DNA of 64,000 nt, taken from the IMG/VR virus record IMGVR_UViG_3300046170_000502, positions 64,001 to 128,000 of that record. One strand, given 5' to 3'. This document shows, piece by piece, positions 8,114-17,257 of this stretch. The notes under the pieces are model-generated. The model was not told where the DNA came from. It worked only from the letters and a program-made list of their open reading frames with translations, and made no database searches. The position numbers and the translations under genes are program-made. The DNA is from a virus. Within the stretch, counting starts at the first letter, position 1; each line of letters starts with the position of its first letter.

Positions 8114-10573
8114 TTATTGACAACTTTCGCAAGTTTCTCCATTTTTCATAGCTTCAATACTGCATGCAGAGGCTTCCGTTTCGTTTTCTGAATCTCCTGT
8201 AGATTTTTCAACTTTTGATGCTGCCCTATTTCTTAAGTAATAAGTTGTTTTTAATCCAGCTTCCCAGCAAGCCATATACATATCGTTTAAATATTTTAAA
8301 GACGTTCCTTTATTGTATAAATTAAAACTTATAGCCTGATCAATCCATTTTTGCCTGACCGAATTGCATTCTATTAATTTAAACATATCTCTATCAAAAG
8401 CTGTTTTGTATTTTAATTTTATCCACTCGGGCACCTCACCATTTAATACTGATAAATCTCCATCAGCATCTTTAATTAATTTTGAGTTGTTTGGGTTCCA
8501 CAGCCCTTCTTTTTTCATATCATTTATAAAGTGTTGGTTGGTGATATAAAAATTACCGCTTTTGTTCTCATAAACAAAAAGAACAGAAAAATTAGGCTCA
8601 ATACTTTGCTCTACTCCATTAATATAACCTATCGTTGCAGTAGGAGCGATAGCCATGACATTTGAGTTTCTCATTCCAAATTCACCAACGTGAGTCCTGA
8701 TTTTTTCCCACTCATCAAAAGTTTGACCTTTGCCAGTAAGAGGCTTACCTGTAACGGACTGTTTAGGAGCTTTTTGTTTGCCCCTGTAAGCCATTAAGTT
8801 GTTGTAAGAATCAATTGGGAATACACCTTTGCTCCAGAGTGACCCTTCGTAAGTTTCGTATTGACCTCGCTCCGCAGCTAGTAATGAACTAGCATAAATT
8901 GCGTGCATAGAGTAAAACTCAAATAATTTATCATTAAACTTTGCAGCTTCGTCGCTATCTATATTTATATTAACTTTATGAAGAATATCGTGAAGAGCCA
9001 TCATGCCTAGACCAATAGGGCGATGTCTTAAATTACTGTTTTCCGCCTCTTTTGTGGGGTAAAAATTAAGATCTATAACGTTGTCTAGCGCTCTGATTGC
9101 TGTATGAATTGTTCGCTCTAATTTTACATAATCAAGATCGGTTTCATCTTCATTTATGTGGTTTAACAAGTTAACTGATCCAAGGTTACATACTGCGGTT
9201 TCTCCAATTTCTGTTTTATAACCCTTGTTGTATTTTGAAGCTTTTGTGTGAAGGGTAATTTCTGTGCATAAATTACTGCTATGTACAACCCCTTCGTGCT
9301 GGTTTGTATAGCGCATGTTACATGGGTCTTTAAATGTAGCCCATGGATGAGAAGTTTCAAACAAAACTTTTAACATTTTTTTCCATAACTCTTTTGCGGG
9401 AGTTATTCTATAGTTTTTAATTAACCCTTCCTCTGCTTGGCTACAAAGCTCATTATATTTTTCGTCGAACTCAACCCCAAAACAATCGTGTAAATCAGCT
9501 TCTGTTGGGTCAAAGAAGTACCAAACATCTTCGTTTTGTACTCTTCTCATGAATTCATCAGGAATCCAAGATGCCGTGTTCATATCGTGGCACCGTAACC
9601 TGTCGTCTCCAGTGTTTCTCCGAAGGTTTAAAAAGTCTTCAAAGTCTAAATGCCAAGGCTCTAAATACGCACAGCCTGCGCCTGGTCGTTTTCCTCCTTG
9701 ATTGACTGCAACAAGCAAGTCGTTGTAAATTTTTAACCAAGGAATTAAACCTCCAGAAATTCCATTTGTTCCCTTTATGTGAGAACCTGCAGATCTAAAT
9801 GGGGTTACATCAAAGCCAAGGCCTCCGGCATACTTGCTTTTTCTAGCTTCCTGCCAAGCTCCATCAAAAATTCCATCAATACTGTCGTCAAAAGTGTTTA
9901 AATAGCAAGAGCTTAATTGAGAATGTGTTGTTCCGCTATTAAATAAAGTCGGGGTAGAAGATGTATACAAAAACTGACTAAACATATCATAAAACTTAAT
10001 AGCCCACTCTTCTTTATTTTCTTCGTTAATTGCCAAACCCATCGCGACTCTCATCCAAAAGCATTGTGGGGCTTCCATTATTTTATCTTCATGTCTAATG
10101 AAATATCTATCGGTTAAAATTTGAATGCCTAAATATTTAAAAGATTGATCTCTCCTTATCTTTAAAGCTTCAGATAATTTATTAAGATCAAATTCAAGCA
10201 TTTTAGAGTTAAGCTTTTCTAGCTTTACTAATTTTTTTACATTTTGTATAAAGCTTTTTCTATATTGAAGCTTGAACGTGTCTGAATCGACCCCCTCTTT
10301 AAAGACTTCTTTATATACGGTATTCAAAAGCAATCTTGCAGCAACAAAGCTGTAGTTCGGTTCTTTTTCTATTTTTTCTCTAGCAGAAAGGATTAAAGCT
10401 GTATCTATTTCGCTAGTCGTTATCTTGTCGAATAGTTGGAGTTGTGCATCTAGTAAAACCTCACTGACTGAGGCGTCTTCGATTCCCTCACATGCTCGTT
10501 CTACATTTGCGTTTATTTTTTCTACCAAAAAAGGTTGGAGTCTACCGTTTCGTTTTTTTACGTTGATATTCAT
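8114..10573 (-). CDS. nrdA: Ribonucleoside-diphosphate reductase alpha subunit, class I, with N-terminal ATP cone
   Basis: VKKRNG ATP cone, STPTLFNSG, SSCY, SNLCTEI, VCNLGS, APTATI, KTTYYLR and a C-terminal CESC. Confidence 0.96.
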   Translation of the reverse strand: MNINVKKRNGRLQPFLVEKINANVERACEGIEDASVSEVLLDAQLQLFDKITTSEIDTALILSAREKIEKEPNYSFVAARLLLNTVYKEVFKEGVDSDTFKLQYRKSFIQNVKKLVKLEKLNSKMLEFDLNKLSEALKIRRDQSFKYLGIQILTDRYFIRHEDKIMEAPQCFWMRVAMGLAINEENKEEWAIKFYDMFSQFLYTSSTPTLFNSGTTHSQLSSCYLNTFDDSIDGIFDGAWQEARKSKYAGGLGFDVTPFRSAGSHIKGTNGISGGLIPWLKIYNDLLVAVNQGGKRPGAGCAYLEPWHLDFEDFLNLRRNTGDDRLRCHDMNTASWIPDEFMRRVQNEDVWYFFDPTEADLHDCFGVEFDEKYNELCSQAEEGLIKNYRITPAKELWKKMLKVLFETSHPWATFKDPCNMRYTNQHEGVVHSSNLCTEITLHTKASKYNKGYKTEIGETAVCNLGSVNLLNHINEDETDLDYVKLERTIHTAIRALDNVIDLNFYPTKEAENSNLRHRPIGLGMMALHDILHKVNINIDSDEAAKFNDKLFEFYSMHAIYASSLLAAERGQYETYEGSLWSKGVFPIDSYNNLMAYRGKQKAPKQSVTGKPLTGKGQTFDEWEKIRTHVGEFGMRNSNVMAIAPTATIGYINGVEQSIEPNFSVLFVYENKSGNFYITNQHFINDMKKEGLWNPNNSKLIKDADGDLSVLNGEVPEWIKLKYKTAFDRDMFKLIECNSVRQKWIDQAISFNLYNKGTSLKYLNDMYMACWEAGLKTTYYLRNRAASKVEKSTGDSENETEASACSIEAMKNGETCESCQ

Positions 10574-10585
10574 ATTGATGTTATT

Positions 10586-10614
10586 ATAATAGCATTTTAT
10601 TGACCAAGTGTCAA
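10586..10614 (-). promoter_or_regulatory. Sigma70-type promoter for nrdA
   Basis: TTGACA-17 nt-TATTAT with extended -10 TG; 12 nt to the ATG. Confidence 0.65.
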
Positions 10615-10677
10615 CGCAAAACCTCTTATGTCAATAACTTTTACTTAGCTCAAGAGAACTAGGTTACACCTATAATT

Positions 10678-11976
10678 TTAAGACAGTATGTCGAAAAGGG
10701 GAGTTCCTTTGTTCGCTACAGTAAAAGGTCTTCCAGATGGGGAATATTGTACATCATTCAACTTTAAACCCAATAAGTAGCCTATTGTTGCATTTAAATC
10801 CTCGGGCTTAATTGGCTTTCCCTCTTTAGGAGATCTACCTTGGTCGTCTGCCTCTCCGTAAGAAAAGCCTCCTTTAACCCCTCCTCCAGCCATAAATGCG
10901 GTAAAGCAATATGGCCAATGATCTCTTCCGTCTCTACCATTGATATTAGGAGTTCTCCCAAATTCAGAAGTTAATACGACCAAAGTTTCATTTAATAAAC
11001 CTCTCATTTCAAGGTCGATCAATAAAGCGCTCAAGGCTCCATCTATATCCGCACAATTTTCACCAACCCTATCGAAGTTATTATCATGGGTATCCCATCC
11101 ACCCCTGGTCACTTCTACATACCTCACTCCGTTTTCAACTAATCTTCTTGCGAGTAAGCACCCCTGTCCGAAATTCGAAGCGCCGTATTGTTTGTGTATA
11201 TTTTCTGGTTCTTTAGATATATCAAAAGCTTTTAAGTCTTGACTATTCATTAGCTTAATTGCGTCTTTGTATAAATCTGAATATGCTCTTATTTGTTTCT
11301 GAGGGAATTCTGTAGAGAAGTTTGTGTTCAACTTTTCTATCAAAGATATTCTTCCTTGAAAATGCTCTTTATCTAGATATCCCGCTAGTTTACTATTTGC
11401 AAGTCCTGACTTTGGGTTATTTATGGATAGTGGACCATATTTTGACTCAAGAAATCCAGCTCCCAGCCCTCCGCCACCAATTTTAATATTAGATGGAATT
11501 GTTTCGTTGATTGCTCCAGACAATTTAGATACCCAACTCCCAAAAGTGGGGTGAACTATAGTACCCCTTTTTAAGTAGCTCGTATGCATTAGGTAGCTAG
11601 CTTGCTCATGCGCTCCTTGGCTCGTTACCATTGTCTTGATTATTGATGCCTGATGCATTAATTGTGCAGTTTTAGGTAAATGCTCAGAAAGTAATATTCC
11701 GTCGGCGCTGGTAGCGATAGATTTAGTTGGCCCTTGAATATCAGGGCAATCAGGTTTAGTTCCAAAAGTATCTAAATGAGACATAGCTCCTGCCATGTTG
11801 AGATAAATCACATGCCTTGCAGAAGCTAATCTAGCCCCCACTTCAAGAGCTTGAGCATTGTTATGTATATAGGCTCCAGCCATAGGCATCAACCCAACGC
11901 CAAAACACGCCTTTGCCGCGTGTGCGATAAATTCTCTTCTTCCTAATTCATCTATATTATTAAAATTTGTTTTCAT
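10678..11976 (-). CDS. DUF1501 family protein (sulfatase/alkaline-phosphatase-like fold) with a Tat signal
   Basis: RREFI twin-arginine motif; GAMSHLDTF, FGQGCLLARRLVENGVRYVEV, GWDTH and EFGRTP..N...GRDHWP. Confidence 0.9.
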   Translation of the reverse strand: MKTNFNNIDELGRREFIAHAAKACFGVGLMPMAGAYIHNNAQALEVGARLASARHVIYLNMAGAMSHLDTFGTKPDCPDIQGPTKSIATSADGILLSEHLPKTAQLMHQASIIKTMVTSQGAHEQASYLMHTSYLKRGTIVHPTFGSWVSKLSGAINETIPSNIKIGGGGLGAGFLESKYGPLSINNPKSGLANSKLAGYLDKEHFQGRISLIEKLNTNFSTEFPQKQIRAYSDLYKDAIKLMNSQDLKAFDISKEPENIHKQYGASNFGQGCLLARRLVENGVRYVEVTRGGWDTHDNNFDRVGENCADIDGALSALLIDLEMRGLLNETLVVLTSEFGRTPNINGRDGRDHWPYCFTAFMAGGGVKGGFSYGEADDQGRSPKEGKPIKPEDLNATIGYLLGLKLNDVQYSPSGRPFTVANKGTPLFDILS

Positions 11977-11992
11977 ATATTTTTTCCTTTTA

Positions 11993-14239
11993 TTATTTTA
12001 TAAAGATGTATTCATGCGAATTTACTAAAGCCCATATTATTTCTTTATATATATCTTTTTTGTTTATTAGTGCGTCTTTGAATAATTTTAACTCTGCTAT
12101 AGAGGGTTTTCTATTTAAAATAGATTTAAAACCGACTTTTATTTTATCATCTAATGTTTTTTGTTCTTTTATTAATTTTACTATCTCTGAGTTTTTATTG
12201 TTTATAACTTTTGTTTCAATAAAACCATTAATTAAATTAAGAACTTGTGTTGTTGATGGGTCTGTATTTGAGTTTTCAATTTGTTCACGATCTGAGCCTC
12301 CAAATTCTCTAACTATATGACCTACGGGAGCTGGAGAACTTAATTCTGATGCTCGAACGGAGTTTCTATCTTTTACGAAATTATTCTTATCTTGCTGTTT
12401 TTTCTGAGAATTAAATTTTTCTACGCAAGACTTACAGCAGAACGCAAGAGTTTCTCCGTTTTCGTTTAGCGCTAATAAAGTTGGGTCAATAGCTCGACCA
12501 GGTTTGATTGGGCAGTCTATATTAATTGGGTTTCCAAATTTTTGATTGGTCTTGGGTTTTTGCGTTTTATTTATTCGAGACAATAATTCTTCAAGCAGCC
12601 CTTCTCCTGTCATGCTAGAAAACCTCTCAAAATCCTGATAGCCTGAATTTTTTGGCTGAAGTCTTCGAGAGTCTATATCCTTAAAATTCAAAGAGACTAA
12701 TGAATCCCACAGTTGCTCGCCACTCATCCTTTGCAAAATGGGGCCCTGATAGAAAAACGGAACTGCATTGAAAGATTGTTTTTCAACATTTGGTCCAGCA
12801 ATCACCCATTCAACGCCCACTGGCATAACAGTATCTTTTTCGTCTCTAGGTACAATATCTCTAGAAACAGATTGTCTTTGAAAGGTTTTTGTGTTGTAAA
12901 GTATTCTTAAGAACTCCTTTATGTCAAAATTTAATGCAACCATAACTTTTTCTAAATGAAGCTGTAATACTGGATCTGTTGCCATAGTCTCGTCAAACAT
13001 ATTATCTATTGGCTCAATTAGAGCTAACCCAAAAACCTCTTTCCATAATCTATTAACAATGACAGATGTAAATCTTGGGTTTTTTTCTGACGCCAACCAG
13101 TTTGCGTATAGCTCTCTTGAGCCAGTACCTTTGGCAAGTTCTATTTCTCGACCAAAAAGAGTTTTTCCTAAAAGGGATTCGTTTGGTTTTGCGTTGTCGT
13201 ATTGATAATCTTTAGGTAAATTGATTTTACCTGACCCTGGCTGATCTAGCCCCGCTTGCAATATATCTTGTATTGACCTTGAAGCATTTCTAACTTGAGG
13301 TACTTTTTGAGGCTCCCCAGCTTCCTCCAACCTTTTCTGTTCTTCTCTGACTAGTTTATTGAATTGGTTGAGATTGTCAACCCCTTTTCTTCTAAGATTT
13401 GTAGAACCACTGGTAAACGCAGCCATCTCATAAAATTCTTTTTGTGTCCATCTATCAAATGGATGATCGTGGCATTGCGCGCATTCTAAACTTGTGCCAA
13501 GGAAGATTCGGACGGTGTTAGCCATATTATCTAAAGGCATACCTGCATCTCTTGCAAAATAACCTACCCCTTCACTGCCTTTCTTCCATATAGGACCAGA
13601 AGAAGAGAGCATTTCTCTTACCCATTTATCATATGGTCTATTTTCAGATATAAATTGTTTGACATAATTTTTATATGGAATTCCTGATATTCTATTAGTT
13701 AATCTATCTTTTAATCTTAATATATCTGCCCAAAAGTTAAACCAATGACTATTGTATCCCTCGCTAGCTAATAAATCGTCTATGAGTTTTGTTCTTTTAT
13801 TCTTGTCTCTATTTTCGATAAAGCTATTCACTTCCTTGTAAGAAGGTGTTCTGCCTATTATTTTTAGATACGCTCTTCTAGAAAACGAAGAATCATTAAT
13901 TTCTTTATTAGGTCTTTGATTATAAGATCTTAATTTATTTTCGATTAGTTGATCTATGTACCTTGAATTTTTAATTAAATCTTGATCGGATAATGGTTTT
14001 TTAAATTTTGGTAAATTTTCGTGACCTGGGGCGAAGTTATTTTTCACATAAGCTTGATTGTCTTTTGTTAATAGTTTAAGAGGTATTCTAAAAAGTTGGA
14101 AGTCATCTTCTCTTTTGACAACAACATGCGTGCTGTTAGATTCTATTATTTCCCCTCTAATATTATTTCCATCATTAAAATATAAAACATCTCCAGAACA
14201 AAATAAAGATGATAAAATTAATAAAAATAAGTGTTTCAT
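11993..14239 (-). CDS. DUF1549/DUF1553 (PSCyt2/PSD1) exported cytochrome-c-motif protein
   Basis: Hydrophobic N-terminal signal; RRAYLKIIGRTP, CAQCHDHPFD (CxxCH), NPRFTSVIVNRLWK and WALVNSHEYIF. The ATG at 14239 is preferred over the GTG at 14275. Confidence 0.9.
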   Translation of the reverse strand: MKHLFLLILSSLFCSGDVLYFNDGNNIRGEIIESNSTHVVVKREDDFQLFRIPLKLLTKDNQAYVKNNFAPGHENLPKFKKPLSDQDLIKNSRYIDQLIENKLRSYNQRPNKEINDSSFSRRAYLKIIGRTPSYKEVNSFIENRDKNKRTKLIDDLLASEGYNSHWFNFWADILRLKDRLTNRISGIPYKNYVKQFISENRPYDKWVREMLSSSGPIWKKGSEGVGYFARDAGMPLDNMANTVRIFLGTSLECAQCHDHPFDRWTQKEFYEMAAFTSGSTNLRRKGVDNLNQFNKLVREEQKRLEEAGEPQKVPQVRNASRSIQDILQAGLDQPGSGKINLPKDYQYDNAKPNESLLGKTLFGREIELAKGTGSRELYANWLASEKNPRFTSVIVNRLWKEVFGLALIEPIDNMFDETMATDPVLQLHLEKVMVALNFDIKEFLRILYNTKTFQRQSVSRDIVPRDEKDTVMPVGVEWVIAGPNVEKQSFNAVPFFYQGPILQRMSGEQLWDSLVSLNFKDIDSRRLQPKNSGYQDFERFSSMTGEGLLEELLSRINKTQKPKTNQKFGNPINIDCPIKPGRAIDPTLLALNENGETLAFCCKSCVEKFNSQKKQQDKNNFVKDRNSVRASELSSPAPVGHIVREFGGSDREQIENSNTDPSTTQVLNLINGFIETKVINNKNSEIVKLIKEQKTLDDKIKVGFKSILNRKPSIAELKLFKDALINKKDIYKEIIWALVNSHEYIFIK

Positions 14240-14268
14240 GATAAATAGTAAATAAAAGTAAGGATATT

Positions 14269-14273
14269 TACAC
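14269..14273 (-). promoter_or_regulatory. GTGTA motif directly after a terminator, upstream of the DUF1549 gene
   Basis: TGTGTGTAAAT follows the U-tract; 29 nt to the ATG. Confidence 0.45.
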
Positions 14274-14275
14274 AC

Positions 14276-14301
14276 AAAAAAGCCGCCAAAAGGCGGCTTT
14301 T
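14276..14301 (-). terminator. Rho-independent terminator
   Basis: AGCCGCC-TTTT-GGCGGCT followed by a T-run on the minus strand. Confidence 0.85.
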
Positions 14302-14320
14302 CGTTTTGTGCAGAATTTAT

Positions 14321-14560
14321 CTACTCTTTTGGAGAATTTGGTTTTAAAAGCGCAACTAGAAGAAGTAATGTAATTACTCCCGCCAAGGATGCGCCTTGAC
14401 CAACAAATCCTGTCACGACATCCTGTAGGTTGCCGATTACGTTAATAGGAGCTCCCTCGCCAAAGACGACTTGAGCTACGACCAAAAGGCCGATGATTGA
14501 CAGAAGCACGCTTGTAACGCCTCCTGCATATGATTTAATCGTATCGATTGTATTTTTCAT
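14321..14560 (-). CDS. Small two-TM membrane protein
   Basis: Two hydrophobic helices in 79 aa. Confidence 0.7.
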   Translation of the reverse strand: MKNTIDTIKSYAGGVTSVLLSIIGLLVVAQVVFGEGAPINVIGNLQDVVTGFVGQGASLAGVITLLLLVALLKPNSPKE

Positions 14561-14573
14561 AATATTATTTTAA

Positions 14574-15227
14574 TTAGAATTGCGTTGAGATTCCCAATCC
14601 AACCACATATTCTTCACCAATAGTCTCTGAATCAACCCTAAAGAGATCTAATCCAATAGATGATTTTTCACCTAAAGATCTGGATGCCTCTAGTCCGATA
14701 GTATAGTATGTGTTATCAGTGGAGTTGGATGCATCGGTGTTACCTAATGAACCTAAAACATTTAGATCGCACACTTGCAGATCAAAACTATGTGATATAG
14801 ATAGTTCGTAGGTGTAGAGAGAGTCATCCAGCTGCCTGAATAAGCTAAAAGATGGGTTAAGTAAGGTGTCAATACCGACACCAATATGACCTTCCAATGC
14901 AGCTGATCCAGTAACATTTTCTACATGATTCAATCCAACATAAAAATCTAAAAGCGAATCCAAAAAGCTCTTAGAAACTCCTCCAGCGAGAACGTATGAA
15001 TCTACTCCTGAATTAACAGATTGGTTTGTGAATGCTCCTACAGAATAATCTAGTCCGGAAACTTTTCCACTCATGCCTAAATCTACTTGAATAGATTCTT
15101 GAGCTTGTAGTGTGCCTCGATAAAAATAATCGGAAGCGTATTTTGTTCCTAGAGAAAAACTCTCCGCAGAAGCGACGTTGATAAAAAGCCCCAAGAGGGC
15201 TGTGATAATTAATTTTGTTGTCTTCAT
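14574..15227 (-). CDS. Outer-membrane beta-barrel protein, TorF/TIGR02001-like putative porin
   Basis: Signal peptide (..VASA/E), SDYFYRG motif, alternating beta-strands and a C-terminal Phe (GISTQF). Confidence 0.7.
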   Translation of the reverse strand: MKTTKLIITALLGLFINVASAESFSLGTKYASDYFYRGTLQAQESIQVDLGMSGKVSGLDYSVGAFTNQSVNSGVDSYVLAGGVSKSFLDSLLDFYVGLNHVENVTGSAALEGHIGVGIDTLLNPSFSLFRQLDDSLYTYELSISHSFDLQVCDLNVLGSLGNTDASNSTDNTYYTIGLEASRSLGEKSSIGLDLFRVDSETIGEEYVVGLGISTQF

Positions 15228-15243
15228 AATATTAAAGAACCAT

Positions 15244-15272
15244 ATTGTATACTATATTCTAGTGAATGTCAA
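15244..15272 (-). promoter_or_regulatory. Sigma70-type promoter for the porin-like gene
   Basis: TTGACA-17 nt-TACAAT; the -35 overlaps the hsp20 stop. Confidence 0.75.
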
Positions 15273-15664
15273 GTTATTTTTATTCTTGAACTTGTTTTAT
15301 TTTTAATTTTAGGTATTTTTATATTCAATAATCCATTATTCATGGTTGCGGATACATTTTTTGAATCCATGTCGTTTTGTAGTTTGTATTTATTTTCAAA
15401 AGAACCAAATGATATTTGTTGCTGTGAATATTTTGTATCATCTTTTATTTTGTTTTCGTATGATACATGTAATATATTTTCTTTTACTTGTATATCTATA
15501 TCTTTTTTATTTAATCCTACTGCTTCAATTTGAATTAAGATATGATCTTCTTCTTTTATAATGTTGGATTTTCTTTTAGGGTTTAAATCTTCATAGTAGA
15601 TATCATCTAATAAAGAATTAAAAAATGAATCTAAAGAATTATTGTTTTTAATATAATATGACAT
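15269..15664 (-). CDS. Small heat-shock protein (Hsp20/alpha-crystallin)
   Basis: IEAVGLNKKDIDI, FGSFENKYKL and ATMNNGLLNIKIPK. The AAGGAG RBS supports the start at 15664 (MSYY). Confidence 0.92.
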   Translation of the reverse strand: MSYYIKNNNSLDSFFNSLLDDIYYEDLNPKRKSNIIKEEDHILIQIEAVGLNKKDIDIQVKENILHVSYENKIKDDTKYSQQQISFGSFENKYKLQNDMDSKNVSATMNNGLLNIKIPKIKNKTSSRIKIT

Positions 15665-15750
15665 ATTGTCTCCTTGTTTTGATTGTGGTTTATGTAGTGT
15701 GTAAATGTGTCTCAATAAAGACTGTATTATTGAATTTACAATACTATATT

Positions 15751-15767
15751 TGCTATAATCGTGCCAA
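15751..15767 (-). promoter_or_regulatory. Sigma54-like -24/-12 promoter upstream of hsp20
   Basis: TTGGCACGATTATAGCA has GG-N10-GC spacing and one mismatch to TGGCACG-N4-TTGC. Confidence 0.45.
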
Positions 15768-15798
15768 AAAAAACCCCGCCAGAATAAAGCGGGGTTTT
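15766..15798 (-). terminator. Rho-independent terminator, possibly bidirectional
   Basis: CCCCGC-9 nt-GCGGGG, with T8 on the minus strand and T4 on the plus strand. Confidence 0.8.
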
Positions 15799-15820
15799 AG
15801 GGTTTTAAATTGTTAAATTT

Positions 15821-17233
15821 TTAAGCCTTGGGCTTCTCGTGAGTATATCCCATTTTCTTCATTTTTAAATGATCTTCCATGGTTTTGGCTTTGTAACCTT
15901 TTCCTGTTTTTGGATCATACATAATATGAGGTTTGAATTCTTCTTTAGCATAATCTTTTTTCATTTTCTTAGACTGTGCTTTTTTAATAGCGTCCTTAGA
16001 TGGGTAATCCTTATCGCCGGGCTTAGTAGGTTTGTAATTTTTGCCCATTCTTTTTTTCTTTTTTTGAATATTTTCCCAAAGACCAGCCTCAGAAGTCTCA
16101 CCTTGTTTTTTTAAGATAACATCTTGCAAAGCTTTTGGTAGCTTTTTTTGTTTTTCTGTAAGGCCAGCATCAGATTTCTCATAAAGAGAAGACTTCATTT
16201 TTTTATACTGCATTTTGCAGGTGGCATATGTTTTATCTTTATCCATTCCTGATGTACTTACTAGATCTTCGTCATAAGAAGCACAATGACTCATGAAAAC
16301 TTTTTCAATTTCATCAGAAGGCGAAGCTTCAGAAATTTTATCTTCTACATTCGGCGATTCTTGTATCTCTTCGCCTTTTGTCATATTGGTGACACTTTTT
16401 TTGCTCCACATTTTACAGCTCCAATATCTAGCTTTTGTTTTTGGCCCAGGGTTCGCACAATTATGTCGAGCCCTAAAGTTTTTCCTGCGATTTGGGTCGT
16501 CGCGTTTTATTTCCATGTTAGGATCTCCGAAATTAACTTTTACCACATTACCTTTTTCATTTTTAACGTAAACAGAAAATTTCTTTGGCCCTTTCGGGGT
16601 TCTGAATGGTTTATTTAATTTTTTTCCTTTATTAGCTTCTGAGGCCCAACTCTCTTCATCGATATATTCTTCAAAGCCCAATTCATCGACATCAATAAAA
16701 ATTGTGCTCCACATCTCTTCGGTAAATTCTGGATCTTCTTGGAGTTGATAATTATGAATATCTAGTTTTGCGGCAATAAGATCTTCTTCTGTGAATAAAT
16801 TAAGTTCATTCCTAATTCCGTCATCAATTAAAACTCCTGCAGAGGCTTTAGCTACATCTTGGTCAGCTTTTCTGTAACTATCTTTTACTTTTCCTCCTCG
16901 AACCATTTTTAAAAACATATTGACCCTTGCCATCGCCCACTGACCCCTGCTTTTCCCAGGTCTATGACTAGAAGAGAAAGCTCCTGCGCCCCTGCGATAT
17001 ACCTTTTTTAATTGAGATAGAGTAACTTTTTTCTTTGATTTAGAATTATGATCTTTAACTTTAGACTTCAAAGACTCAAGCACTCTGTCAGAGAAAGTTA
17101 TTTTTCCACCTTTTTCTCCTGCGCTTCCAGGTTTATTTTTACTAGAACCTTTTTTTTGTTCAGATTTCTTTGCGGGTGTTTGAGCTGAACTCTTTGGTCC
17201 AGAGCGTTTGGCTGAATAAGATTTTTTTTCCAT
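15821..17233 (-). CDS. Lysine-rich mosaic protein with a DUF6321-like module, probably virion-associated
   Basis: KPFRTPKGPKKF...NFGDPNMEIKRDDPNRRKNFRARHNC...ARYWSC and SSHRPGKSRGQWAMARVN motifs; GTGTA motif upstream. Confidence 0.6.
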   Translation of the reverse strand: MEKKSYSAKRSGPKSSAQTPAKKSEQKKGSSKNKPGSAGEKGGKITFSDRVLESLKSKVKDHNSKSKKKVTLSQLKKVYRRGAGAFSSSHRPGKSRGQWAMARVNMFLKMVRGGKVKDSYRKADQDVAKASAGVLIDDGIRNELNLFTEEDLIAAKLDIHNYQLQEDPEFTEEMWSTIFIDVDELGFEEYIDEESWASEANKGKKLNKPFRTPKGPKKFSVYVKNEKGNVVKVNFGDPNMEIKRDDPNRRKNFRARHNCANPGPKTKARYWSCKMWSKKSVTNMTKGEEIQESPNVEDKISEASPSDEIEKVFMSHCASYDEDLVSTSGMDKDKTYATCKMQYKKMKSSLYEKSDAGLTEKQKKLPKALQDVILKKQGETSEAGLWENIQKKKKRMGKNYKPTKPGDKDYPSKDAIKKAQSKKMKKDYAKEEFKPHIMYDPKTGKGYKAKTMEDHLKMKKMGYTHEKPKA

Positions 17234-17243
17234 AGATATTAAT

Positions 17244-17248
17244 TACAC
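17244..17248 (-). promoter_or_regulatory. GTGTA putative late-promoter motif
   Basis: 10 nt before the ATG at 17233. Confidence 0.6.
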
Positions 17249-17257
17249 GAATTTTGT

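Noticed and set aside
2986-10573. Inteins or group I introns in dnaE, nrdA and nrdB
   Set aside because: The ORFs are continuous and of normal length, with no C/S...HN splice motifs or homing-endonuclease insertions.
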